From Candidatus Levyibacteriota bacterium (GTDB taxonomy: Bacteria > Patescibacteriota > Microgenomatia > Levybacterales > UBA12049), in contig JAYRIM010000028.1 in NCBI GenBank assembly GCA_041906785.1, positions 121,661-185,660 on the forward strand: 64,000 bases of DNA. Direction: 5' to 3'. The notes under the pieces were generated by a model. It saw nothing but the letters and a program-made list of their open reading frames with translations, was not told the DNA's origin and did no database searches. A program made the position numbers and the translations under genes. This document shows positions 47,605-55,620 of this stretch, one piece after another (the first letter of the stretch is position 1; each line of letters opens with the position of its first letter).

Positions 47605-47634
47605 TGGCGATTTCTGGTGATTACTGGTGATTTT
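47605..47634 (+). promoter_or_regulatory. putative MraZ operator: three direct 10-bp repeats TGGCGATTTC / TGGTGATTAC / TGGTGATTTT
   Basis: 10-bp periodic direct repeats with a TGGnG core between the -10 box and the mraZ start. This matches the published architecture of MraZ boxes (direct TGGGN-type repeats at 10-bp spacing in PmraZ). Confidence 0.55.
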
Positions 47635-47649
47635 TAAAATTGAAAATAT

Positions 47650-48093
47650 ATGTTTCAGGGACAATACCGTGTTAAAATAGGAGAATTTTTTCGAGTTGCG
47701 TTTCCGAGAACATACAGAGATCGACTGGGTGAGAAGATTATTATCACGTACGGGTTTGAGAGTTCACTAATAATCACATCTGAGAGCCAGTGGGATGCGC
47801 TTTACAAAAAGGAAATTGAAGGTAAATCGTTCCTATTCCCAAATGTTCGGGATATAAGAAGATTTTTTCTCGGTGGAATAGCGACAATTGAATTTGATAA
47901 ACAAGGAAGATTTATTATTCCTGAATATTTACGCACATACGGAGAACTAGTAGATCAAAAAGAAGTGACATTCGTATGGCAGAAAGAATACGTGGAACTT
48001 TGGAATTCGAAGAGATGGGCTGAGAAAGAAAAAGAATTATTACGAAATATTAGCGTTATCGCAGAAAAATTATCGGAAACTGATAAGGTTTAA
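47650..48093 (+). CDS. mraZ: transcriptional regulator MraZ
   Basis: MFQGQYRVKIGEFFRVAFPRTYRDRL ... a duplicated MraZ-domain protein of 147 aa; first gene of the dcw cluster. Confidence 0.9.
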   Translation: MFQGQYRVKIGEFFRVAFPRTYRDRLGEKIIITYGFESSLIITSESQWDALYKKEIEGKSFLFPNVRDIRRFFLGGIATIEFDKQGRFIIPEYLRTYGELVDQKEVTFVWQKEYVELWNSKRWAEKEKELLRNISVIAEKLSETDKV

Positions 48094-48184
48094 TTTCCAG
48101 TTTCGAATTTCCAGTTGCCAATTAATTTGAAATTAATGAATTAATCAATTTACCGGAAATTGGAAAATCGAAATTCGAAACTAA
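48094..48184. repeat. ~90-bp imperfect palindrome filling the mraZ-rsmH spacer
   Basis: TTTCCAGTTTCGAATTTCCAGTTGCCAATTAATTTGAAATTAATGAATTAATCAATTTACCGGAAATTGGAAAATCGAAATTCGAAACT, centred on TTAATGAATTAA. Contains the TTTCCA(A/G) motif and its complement. Confidence 0.55.
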
Positions 48185-49057
48185 ATGGATACTTATCATA
48201 CACCTGTCCTTTTACAAGAAACAATTGAATTTTTAGATGTTCAGTCAGGAAAACGATACATTGATGCAACATTAGGTGGTGGTGGACATACTGAAGCTAT
48301 ACTGAAGCTTGGTGGTACTGTGTTGGGAATAGATACGGATGAAGAGGCTGTTACACACGTTCAAGAGAAACTAAAAATTAAAAACGAAAAAATAAAAATT
48401 ACTAAGGGGAATTTTAGGAATATTGACGAAATAGCAAGAGTGAATGGGTTTGAAAATGTAGATGGCATACTGTTTGACCTGGGTGTTTCAAGTCATCAAT
48501 TCGATAGCGCTGAACGGGGTTTTAGCTTTTTAAAAAAAGGACCATTAGATATGCGTATGGATCGAAGGCTTGGTGTAACTGCGAAAGATTTACTTGCGGT
48601 GCTATCTAAAACAGATCTGGCGAAATTATTTATAGAATACGGAGAAGAGCGATTCGCACATAAAATAGCTGATGCTATCGTAAAACGAAGAGAAATTAAG
48701 CCTATTGAAAGCACAGAAGAGTTAGAAGCATTAATTCGAATGGTAGTTCCTAAGAAGGAAGTCATCCATCCAGGAACACGGGTATTTCAGGCCTTACGAA
48801 TAGCAGTAAACACAGAACTTGAAAATATAGAAGAGGCATTGCCCAAAGCGATCGAATTAGTACACGTAAAAGGCAGAATTGCGGTTATCAGCTTTCATTC
48901 ATTGGAAGATAGAATTGTAAAACGTACATTTGCGGATTGGGAAGAAAATAACATTGGAAATATACTTACGAAGAAACCTGTGATACCAAGCGAAAAGGAG
49001 ATTGCAGAAAATCCTAGAAGCAGAAGCGCAAAATTAAGAGTTTTTGAAAAAATATGA
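48185..49057 (+). CDS. rsmH: 16S rRNA (cytosine1402-N4)-methyltransferase RsmH
   Basis: YIDATLGGGGHTEAIL ... FDLGVSSHQFD motifs. Confidence 0.9.
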   Translation: MDTYHTPVLLQETIEFLDVQSGKRYIDATLGGGGHTEAILKLGGTVLGIDTDEEAVTHVQEKLKIKNEKIKITKGNFRNIDEIARVNGFENVDGILFDLGVSSHQFDSAERGFSFLKKGPLDMRMDRRLGVTAKDLLAVLSKTDLAKLFIEYGEERFAHKIADAIVKRREIKPIESTEELEALIRMVVPKKEVIHPGTRVFQALRIAVNTELENIEEALPKAIELVHVKGRIAVISFHSLEDRIVKRTFADWEENNIGNILTKKPVIPSEKEIAENPRSRSAKLRVFEKI

Positions 49058-49329
49058 AAAAAAGATTTGTCGTCATTTTATTATCTATCACAATACTCCT
49101 TTCCTGTATCCATGTTGTGATATCTAATATGCTTTCGACTGCTGGGGTAGAACTCGATGAAATACAAGAAAAATTAACCCAATATAAAAAAGAAAATTTA
49201 TTACTTCATGAAGATATTTTAGAACATTCTTCTCTGTATTCTATTGCCTCTGCATCAGCGACAATGGGATTTGTCAGTGAAAAATCGCATGTTTATATTT
49301 CCGCGCCTTTACCACTCGCTAAAAGATAA
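49054..49329 (+). CDS. ftsL: FtsL-like small bitopic cell-division protein
   Basis: 91 aa with one TM plus a coiled region, located between rsmH and ftsI. Confidence 0.45.
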   Translation: MKKRFVVILLSITILLSCIHVVISNMLSTAGVELDEIQEKLTQYKKENLLLHEDILEHSSLYSIASASATMGFVSEKSHVYISAPLPLAKR

Positions 49330-49337
49330 TTTTTGAT

Positions 49338-49422
49338 AAGGAGTCAAAAGAGACAAAGGAGACAAATGGGCCAAAGGAATCTAACTTCTGTCCCTTCTGG
49401 TTCTTTGGTCTCTTTTGGTACC
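49338..49422. repeat. hairpin repeat family 2, copy 2 (between the ftsL-like gene and ftsI, overlapping the annotated ftsI 5' end)
   Basis: AGTCAAAAGAGACAAAGGAGACAAATGGGCCAAAGGAATCTAACTTCTGTCCCTTCTGGTTCTTTGGTCTCTTTTGG. Confidence 0.55.
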
Positions 49423-51115
49423 TTTTATTATGACTTTTCGTTATAGAAGCTTATTGGGATTTTTCGCTTGTATTTTCTTCATTATATTTGCGCGGTTATT
49501 CTATTGGCAGGTTGTTCGTGCACAAGAATTAGCAGAACTTGGAGAGATGCAATATGGCCAATTTATAAAACAGATTCCTAAACGAGGAGAAATACGCACG
49601 AGTGATAACTTTCCTATTGCCGCGAATAAAATAAATTACCTTGTTTTTCTTAATCCGAAAACAGTCCCAGATGATGAGAAAGAAAAAATTTCTCCATTAC
49701 TCGCGCCTCTACTCGAAGTAGATCCAGCAAGTATTAGTGCGAAACTTATGATGAACAGGTATTGGGTAGCCTTAAAACCAAATGTGGAACATTCGGTAAA
49801 AGAACAGATTGAAAAGCTCAAGTTACAAGGAATAGGATTCGAAGAACAAACAGTTCGGTTTTATCCAGAGGCTTCATTAGCAGCCAAATTAATAGGATTT
49901 GTCGGGAAAGATGATGAAGGAAATAATAAAGGGTATTTCGGATTAGAAGGATATTATGATCTACAGCTTTCAGGAAAACCTGGTTTGGCTATGCAGATAA
50001 AGGACGCGTTGGGAAGACCGATATTGGCCAAAATGAATAACAGTTCTGCAAAAGTGGACGGTAGAAATATTATTCTCTATGTAGACCGGAGTGTGCAGTT
50101 TATCCTTGAAGAGGAATTACGGAAAGGCCTAGAAAAATATGGCGCTCAAGGTGCTATGGGTGTCATTATGGACCCGAAAACCGGTGGCATTTTAGGAATG
50201 AGTGCTTTTCCGTCTTTCGACCAGCGAAATTTCCAAGAATATTCAAGTGATTTATATTTAAATCCTATCATTTCCAACGCTTATGAGCCCGGATCGACCT
50301 TTAAGCCACTTGTCATGGCTGCAGGAATAGATAGTGGCGTTGTAAAACCTGAAACCCAATGTCCTATTTGTGATAAGCCTGTTGAAATAGGGGGGTACAC
50401 TATAAAAACCTGGAATAATGAATACCAACCCGGTATTACAATGGCAAACGTCATCCGAGATTCTGATAATACAGGAATGGTTTATGTCTCACAAAAACTG
50501 GGATTAAAGAAAATGTATTCTTATTTAGAAAAATATGGTATAGGGTCTTTAACAGGAGTAGATCTTCAAGGCGAGATGTCCCCTGATTTACGTTCCATAG
50601 ATTCTTGGTACCCTATAGATGTTGCGACTGCAAGTTTCGGACAGGGAATATCTGTTACAGCGATTGAATTAGTAAGTGCTTTTGCAAGCTTAGCAAATGA
50701 TGGAAAACGTATGCAGCCGCATGTAGTCTCTAGTGTCGAGACCCCGGAAGGGGAAATTATTCCAATAGCACCGAAAGAAGTGAATCAAACAGTTTCGCCT
50801 ACGACGACGAAAATAATGCGGGAAATTTTAGTTAATGCTGTGAAAAAAGGCGAGGCTAAATGGGCTGCTCCGAAGGGATACAGAATCGCGGGGAAAACTG
50901 GTACTGCACAGATTCCTATTGAAGGTCATTATGATTCAGAAAAAACCATTGCGTCTTTCATAGGATATGCTCCAGCAGATGATCCGAAGTTTGTAATGTT
51001 GATAGTCTATGATCGTCCGACAAGTTCTATTTATGGATCGGAGACTGCAGCGCCGACGTTTTTTACTATTGCCACGAAATTATTAGCTTACTATAAAATT
51101 CCGCCATCAGAATAA
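49415..51115 (+). CDS. ftsI: peptidoglycan D,D-transpeptidase FtsI (class B PBP)
   Basis: STFKPLVMAAG (SxxK), SDN, KTGTAQ motifs; N-terminal TM. True start possibly ATG ~49430. Confidence 0.85.
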   Translation: MVPFIMTFRYRSLLGFFACIFFIIFARLFYWQVVRAQELAELGEMQYGQFIKQIPKRGEIRTSDNFPIAANKINYLVFLNPKTVPDDEKEKISPLLAPLLEVDPASISAKLMMNRYWVALKPNVEHSVKEQIEKLKLQGIGFEEQTVRFYPEASLAAKLIGFVGKDDEGNNKGYFGLEGYYDLQLSGKPGLAMQIKDALGRPILAKMNNSSAKVDGRNIILYVDRSVQFILEEELRKGLEKYGAQGAMGVIMDPKTGGILGMSAFPSFDQRNFQEYSSDLYLNPIISNAYEPGSTFKPLVMAAGIDSGVVKPETQCPICDKPVEIGGYTIKTWNNEYQPGITMANVIRDSDNTGMVYVSQKLGLKKMYSYLEKYGIGSLTGVDLQGEMSPDLRSIDSWYPIDVATASFGQGISVTAIELVSAFASLANDGKRMQPHVVSSVETPEGEIIPIAPKEVNQTVSPTTTKIMREILVNAVKKGEAKWAAPKGYRIAGKTGTAQIPIEGHYDSEKTIASFIGYAPADDPKFVMLIVYDRPTSSIYGSETAAPTFFTIATKLLAYYKIPPSE

Positions 51116-51117
51116 GT

Positions 51118-51184
51118 GTCATTCTGAGCGTAGCGAAGAATCCAAGAGGTCGTTTAAAAGATGTTTCGCTTCACTCAACATGAC
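51118..51184. mobile_element. short copy of the same palindromic element, immediately 5' of the GIY-YIG gene
   Basis: GTCATTCTGAGCGTAGCGAAGAATCC ... GATGTTTCGCTTCACTCAACATGAC. The GIY-YIG ATG (51180) lies in the right arm; the ftsI stop is 2 nt upstream of the left arm. Confidence 0.55.
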
Positions 51185-51467
51185 AAATATATATTGGGTT
51201 TATATTCTAACGAACTGGAACAATAAAGTACTCTATGTTGGTGTAACCAATAATTTAATTAAAAGAATATATGGACATAAAAATAAATTAGTTGAAGGAT
51301 TTAGCAGTAAATATAACCTTACTAAGTTAGTATATTTTGAAGAGTTCAATTATATAAATGATGCGATTGCAGCTGAGAAAAAAATTAAAGGATGGGTGAG
51401 GATTAAGAAGAATAAACTAATTGAATCAGTGAATCCAGAGTGGGAAGATTTGACTTTGTCATTCTGA
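51180..51467 (+). CDS. GIY-YIG nuclease-domain protein (stand-alone, 95 aa)
   Basis: IYWVYILTNWNNKVLYVGVTNNLIKRIYGHK matches the GIY-x10-YIG core. Its start and stop codons lie inside palindromic element arms. Confidence 0.8.
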   Translation: MTNIYWVYILTNWNNKVLYVGVTNNLIKRIYGHKNKLVEGFSSKYNLTKLVYFEEFNYINDAIAAEKKIKGWVRIKKNKLIESVNPEWEDLTLSF

Positions 51468-51554
51468 GTGAAACGAAGAATCTTTCGTAATTGATAAGAT
51501 CCTTGCGCCACCGCTAAAGCTTTAGCGACACGCGGTCACTTCGTTCAGGATGAC
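51458..51554. mobile_element. palindromic element copy immediately 3' of the GIY-YIG gene
   Basis: GTCATTCTGAGTGAAACGAAGAATCT ... GTCACTTCGTTCAGGATGAC with an internal perfect palindrome CGCTAAAGCTTTAGCG. The GIY-YIG stop TGA is the TCTGA of the left arm. Confidence 0.6.
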
Positions 51555-51556
51555 AT

Positions 51557-51886
51557 TTATTTGATTGATGTTCCTGGGGGGACTTGGTCGTCTATTTTTA
51601 AGGGTAATGGTTTTTCGCCATCTGCTGCGAGGATCATTCCTTGGGATTCTTCACCCATAAGCTTTCGTGGTTCTAGATTGATAACGAAAATAAATTGTTT
51701 ACCAACTAATTCTTCAGGTTGGTACCAAGGAGCAATACCGCTTAAAATATTTCGAATACCTTCTTCACCAAAATCCACAGTTAGTCTAAGCAATTTTTCA
51801 GATCCTTCTTTACGAACACATTCGTTAATAGTCCCAACGCGAAGGTCAAGTTTTGCGAAATCATCAAATGTTATAGTAGGTTTCAT
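51557..51886 (-). CDS. tRNA-binding domain protein (CsaA/Trbp111-like EMAP-II fold)
   Basis: DLRVGTINECVRKEGSEKLLRLTVDFGEE ... is typical of the tRNA_bind OB fold. Confidence 0.7.
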   Translation of the reverse strand: MKPTITFDDFAKLDLRVGTINECVRKEGSEKLLRLTVDFGEEGIRNILSGIAPWYQPEELVGKQFIFVINLEPRKLMGEESQGMILAADGEKPLPLKIDDQVPPGTSIK

Positions 51887-52176
51887 GTTTTCCTCTTTCT
51901 TTTTTTTGGCAGAGCATGCGTCATCCGTTCTAATGAAGCTCCGATATTATACGCGATCCACATATAAAAAAGAAGCGTGGTTGGGAAAACAAACAGAAGG
52001 AAAGGATAGGTAATAATATGAAACATTTGGCCGAGCATGAAAAAGGGAAAGTTGAAAATTATCAAGCTATAACCACATGAAATCTTACATGACATTTCGC
52101 TGATAAGAATGATGATACTAACTATAAGAACACTAAAACCAAACACTTTACCTATTAAAGAAGGAAACCTACTCAT
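51883..52176 (-). CDS. small membrane protein (hypothetical)
   Basis: 97 aa, 3 TM helices. Confidence 0.3.
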   Translation of the reverse strand: MSRFPSLIGKVFGFSVLIVSIIILISEMSCKISCGYSLIIFNFPFFMLGQMFHIITYPFLLFVFPTTLLFYMWIAYNIGASLERMTHALPKKRKRKT

Positions 52177-52234
52177 GTATATTGATTGTAATTCAAATTA
52201 AATCTCTTGAAAAGATATTTGTTATACTAAATTC

Positions 52235-52813
52235 ATGACAGGTCGGACACATGATTTAGCAGCATTTACAGCATTGACTTATGTTATCGCTACACAACCT
52301 CTTTCGAAAATGTCGCTTGCCACTGCGATGGTTGCGTTTAGTGCGAACATGATTGGTGGTTTAGCACCTGATATCGACCAACCTACCGCTGCTCTTTGGC
52401 AGCGAATCCGTGCCGGTTCACTGCTCGGTAAAATCATCCAACCTCTTCTCGGTGGACATCGCTATATCTCACATTCGCTTATTGGAATAATAATTTTCGG
52501 CATAGCCTTAGATATTATTTTAGATTCATTAAGAACAATACTTTTAGTGGATATGACTGTGGTATGGTGGTCGTTTATGATTGGTTTTCTTTCACACCTT
52601 CTTATGGATATGTTTACACGTCAAGGTGTGCCATGGCTGTTTCCCATTCCTATCCGTTTCGGGTTTCCCCCATTTTCATTTATGCGCATGAAGACCTCAG
52701 GGTTAGTTGAAAAATCATTTGTTTTTCCAATGCTTCTTTTGACAAACGTGTATCTTATTTATAGCAATTATCATAAATTTGTCGATTTCTTTAAGCATTA
52801 TATTATTAAATAG
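52235..52813 (+). CDS. membrane-bound metal-dependent hydrolase (YdjM/DUF457-like)
   Basis: MTGRTHDLAAFTALTYV start and ~5 TM helices with conserved His residues. Confidence 0.5.
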   Translation: MTGRTHDLAAFTALTYVIATQPLSKMSLATAMVAFSANMIGGLAPDIDQPTAALWQRIRAGSLLGKIIQPLLGGHRYISHSLIGIIIFGIALDIILDSLRTILLVDMTVVWWSFMIGFLSHLLMDMFTRQGVPWLFPIPIRFGFPPFSFMRMKTSGLVEKSFVFPMLLLTNVYLIYSNYHKFVDFFKHYIIK

Positions 52814-52864
52814 TATTGTTAAGCGATTAGACATTAGAAAACAGAAATCTTATAATACTTTTCC

Positions 52865-54172
52865 ATGTGGCAATCACTGAAGAACACCTACCATCTTGCC
52901 CAGTCTTTTTTGGCGAACGTCTATTATGGATTTCCGGCAAAAAAACTGACTATTATCGGTGTGACCGGTACGAGTGGTAAAACGACAACTGCTTTAATGA
53001 TCTATTCGATGCTGCAAGCCGCAGGGTATAAAGTCTCTGTGTTAACGACTATTAAAGCTATAATCGCTGGAAAAGAGTATGATACAGGTTTTCATGTGAC
53101 GACACCTGATCCTCACGTTCTTCCTAAATATCTAAAACAAGCTGTAGATAATGGTGACACACATTTCGTCCTTGAAGTTTCTTCTCACGCTCTCGATCAG
53201 AACCGTGCTGCTTTTGTGCCTTTTAAGATTGGAGTTCTTACAACATTGGCACATGAGCATTTAGATTATCATAAAACTTTCATAAATTATGCTCGAGCGA
53301 AATTTAAGCTATTATTCGCATCAGAATGCTCCGTTTTGCCTAAGGGTTTATTTAATAATGCAGAAATTAGAGATTTACTGGATGATCTTACAAAAAAGAA
53401 AAAAATAAAAACATTTGGTCTGAATTCTGGAGAAGAAACACAAAAAAAATGGCATTTTAAACTGACAATGCCAGGTGAATATAGTTTACGTAATGCATTG
53501 GCTGCTGCAACTGTAGGAGATTACCTTGGGATAGATAAAAAAACGATCACTGAAGCGCTTGAGAATTTTTCAGCAATACCTGGAAGATTTGAAGAAATTC
53601 CAAACAGACGAGGTTTACGTATTATTATTGATTTCGCGCATAAACCAGACGCACTTGAGGCTGTTTTACATGTTGCACGATCTCTTGTGAAAGAGAAAGA
53701 AAAGGTGATTGTTTTATACGGATGTGCAAGTGAACGCGATGTATTAAAGCGGCCAATTATGGGGAAAATAAGCGGCCTCTTATCAGATGTGACCGTATTG
53801 ACAGATGAAGATCCACGAAGAGAAGATCCAATGAAAATAATTGATGAAATAGCACAGGGGTGTCTTGAAAGTGGTGCTAAGGAAGGTGTCATTCTGAGCG
53901 ATAGCGAAGAATCTAATGGCGATTTGTACAAAGTTGCAGGGGATCCTTCGTCCGATGGGAATCGGACTCAGGATGACAAACAACATATATTTTTTAAAAT
54001 TCCAAATAGAGAGGAAGCGATTGACTTTGCAATTAATACAATTGCAAGAAAAGGAGATATCATTCTACTTTGTGGAAAAGGACATGAGCAGTCGATGAAC
54101 TATAATGGCGTTGAGAAACCTTGGAGTGAACACAAAGCAGTAGAAAAAGCATTGAATAAAAAAGATTTATGA
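52865..54172 (+). CDS. murE: UDP-N-acetylmuramoyl-tripeptide synthetase MurE-like Mur ligase, with a ~30-aa in-frame palindromic-element insertion near the C-terminus
   Basis: GVTGTSGKTTT P-loop; C-terminal CGKGHEQ; sits within the dcw cluster. Confidence 0.8.
   Translation: MWQSLKNTYHLAQSFLANVYYGFPAKKLTIIGVTGTSGKTTTALMIYSMLQAAGYKVSVLTTIKAIIAGKEYDTGFHVTTPDPHVLPKYLKQAVDNGDTHFVLEVSSHALDQNRAAFVPFKIGVLTTLAHEHLDYHKTFINYARAKFKLLFASECSVLPKGLFNNAEIRDLLDDLTKKKKIKTFGLNSGEETQKKWHFKLTMPGEYSLRNALAAATVGDYLGIDKKTITEALENFSAIPGRFEEIPNRRGLRIIIDFAHKPDALEAVLHVARSLVKEKEKVIVLYGCASERDVLKRPIMGKISGLLSDVTVLTDEDPRREDPMKIIDEIAQGCLESGAKEGVILSDSEESNGDLYKVAGDPSSDGNRTQDDKQHIFFKIPNREEAIDFAINTIARKGDIILLCGKGHEQSMNYNGVEKPWSEHKAVEKALNKKDL
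53888..53976. mobile_element. palindromic element copy inserted in frame inside murE
   Basis: GTCATTCTGAGCGATAGCGAAGAATCT ... GGATCCTTCGTCCGATGGGAATCGGACTCAGGATGAC. Encodes the extra loop VILSDSEESNGDLYKVAGDPSSDGNRTQDD, which is absent from canonical MurE. Confidence 0.6.
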
Positions 54173-55596
54173 ATAAAGATTTAAGACTGAAAAAGATTCA
54201 TTTCGTAGGAATTAAAGGCGTAGGAATGACTCCCCTCGCTATTATCGCAAAAGAAGCAGGAATAAACGTAACAGGTTCCGACGTGAATGAAGTTTTTATT
54301 ACGGACGAGCCTTTAAAAAATGCGGGAATAAAATCATTCACTGAATTTTCTCCTGATCATATAACAGATGATATCAATCTCGTTATCACTACTGGTGCTC
54401 ATGGAGGATTTCAAAATCCAGAAGTCTTGAAGGCTAAAGAAATGAATATTCCTGTACTAACACAAGGGGAAGCTGTCGGCGTTTTTATGGATGGAACAAT
54501 TCTTGGACGGAAAACACTGGGGATCTCTGTAGCTGGAACACATGGTAAGACAACAACAACAGCCATGATCGCTACTGTTTTAAAAAAATCAAAACAGGAT
54601 CCTTCTTATGTTATCGGGACAAGTACTATACCTTCTTTAGGTAATGCAGGTCATTATGGAAAAGGAAACTATTTTGTGGCTGAAGCAGATGAATATGCTA
54701 CCGAGCCGATGTCTGATAGAAGAGCGAAATTTTTTTGGCAACATCCGAATATTGCTGTTATCACTAATATCGAGCTTGATCATCCTGATATCTATGAGAA
54801 TGTTAGCGTTATGCGGAATACTTTTTTACAGTTTGCACAACAAATTCCAACTGAAGGAGTACTCGTCGCGTGTGGGGATGATCATGAAGTCCGCACATTA
54901 TTAAAAGAATATACTGGTCGTGTTATTACCTATGGCTTTTCCCCTGCGAATGATTTTATTATAGAACATACTTCTTTTTCAGCTCAGTCGACTTTTTTTA
55001 GAGTAAAAGCGTATGGGACCAGTCTAGGAGAGTTCTTTCTTCATGTATCGGGAGAACATAATTGTTTGAATGCGCTTGCATCAATTATCGTGGGATTTGA
55101 AGTTGGGTTGTCGTTGGATGTAATCTCAAAATCATTAGCTGAGTTTAAAGGTACTAAAAGAAGGCTAGAGTTTATCCGAACCCTAGAAACCGGAGCCTTG
55201 CTTTATGATGACTATGGGCATCATCCAACTGAAATTCAGAAAACGCTTGCAGGGCTTCGATCAGTGTACCCAAAAAAGAAAATTACTTGTATTTTCCAGC
55301 CTCATACATATTCACGCACAAAAGTCCTTTTTGAGGAGTTTTCTCGGGCCTTTCAAGAAGCAGACGAGGTCATAATAATTGATATTTACCCTTCTATGCG
55401 GGAACAGCCAGATTCGAGTGTCTCTTCAAAATTACTAGTTGAATCCATTAAAAAACATCATCGGTCAGCTCTATTCCTCCCAAAACTTCATGATGTGGTA
55501 AAATATATCGATGAAAAACGACCGGGGGAAGGTACGGTTGTCGTCACAATGGGTGCAGGCGATATTTATAAGCTAAATGAGTTGATGACAATCTGA
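54169..55596 (+). CDS. murC: UDP-N-acetylmuramate--L-alanine ligase
   Basis: IHFVGIKGVGMTPLAIIAKEAGINVTGSD N-terminus and GTHGKTTTT P-loop. Confidence 0.85.
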   Translation: MNKDLRLKKIHFVGIKGVGMTPLAIIAKEAGINVTGSDVNEVFITDEPLKNAGIKSFTEFSPDHITDDINLVITTGAHGGFQNPEVLKAKEMNIPVLTQGEAVGVFMDGTILGRKTLGISVAGTHGKTTTTAMIATVLKKSKQDPSYVIGTSTIPSLGNAGHYGKGNYFVAEADEYATEPMSDRRAKFFWQHPNIAVITNIELDHPDIYENVSVMRNTFLQFAQQIPTEGVLVACGDDHEVRTLLKEYTGRVITYGFSPANDFIIEHTSFSAQSTFFRVKAYGTSLGEFFLHVSGEHNCLNALASIIVGFEVGLSLDVISKSLAEFKGTKRRLEFIRTLETGALLYDDYGHHPTEIQKTLAGLRSVYPKKKITCIFQPHTYSRTKVLFEEFSRAFQEADEVIIIDIYPSMREQPDSSVSSKLLVESIKKHHRSALFLPKLHDVVKYIDEKRPGEGTVVVTMGAGDIYKLNELMTI

Positions 55597-55620
55597 CCAT
55601 TTTTCCGGCTTTATAGTATT

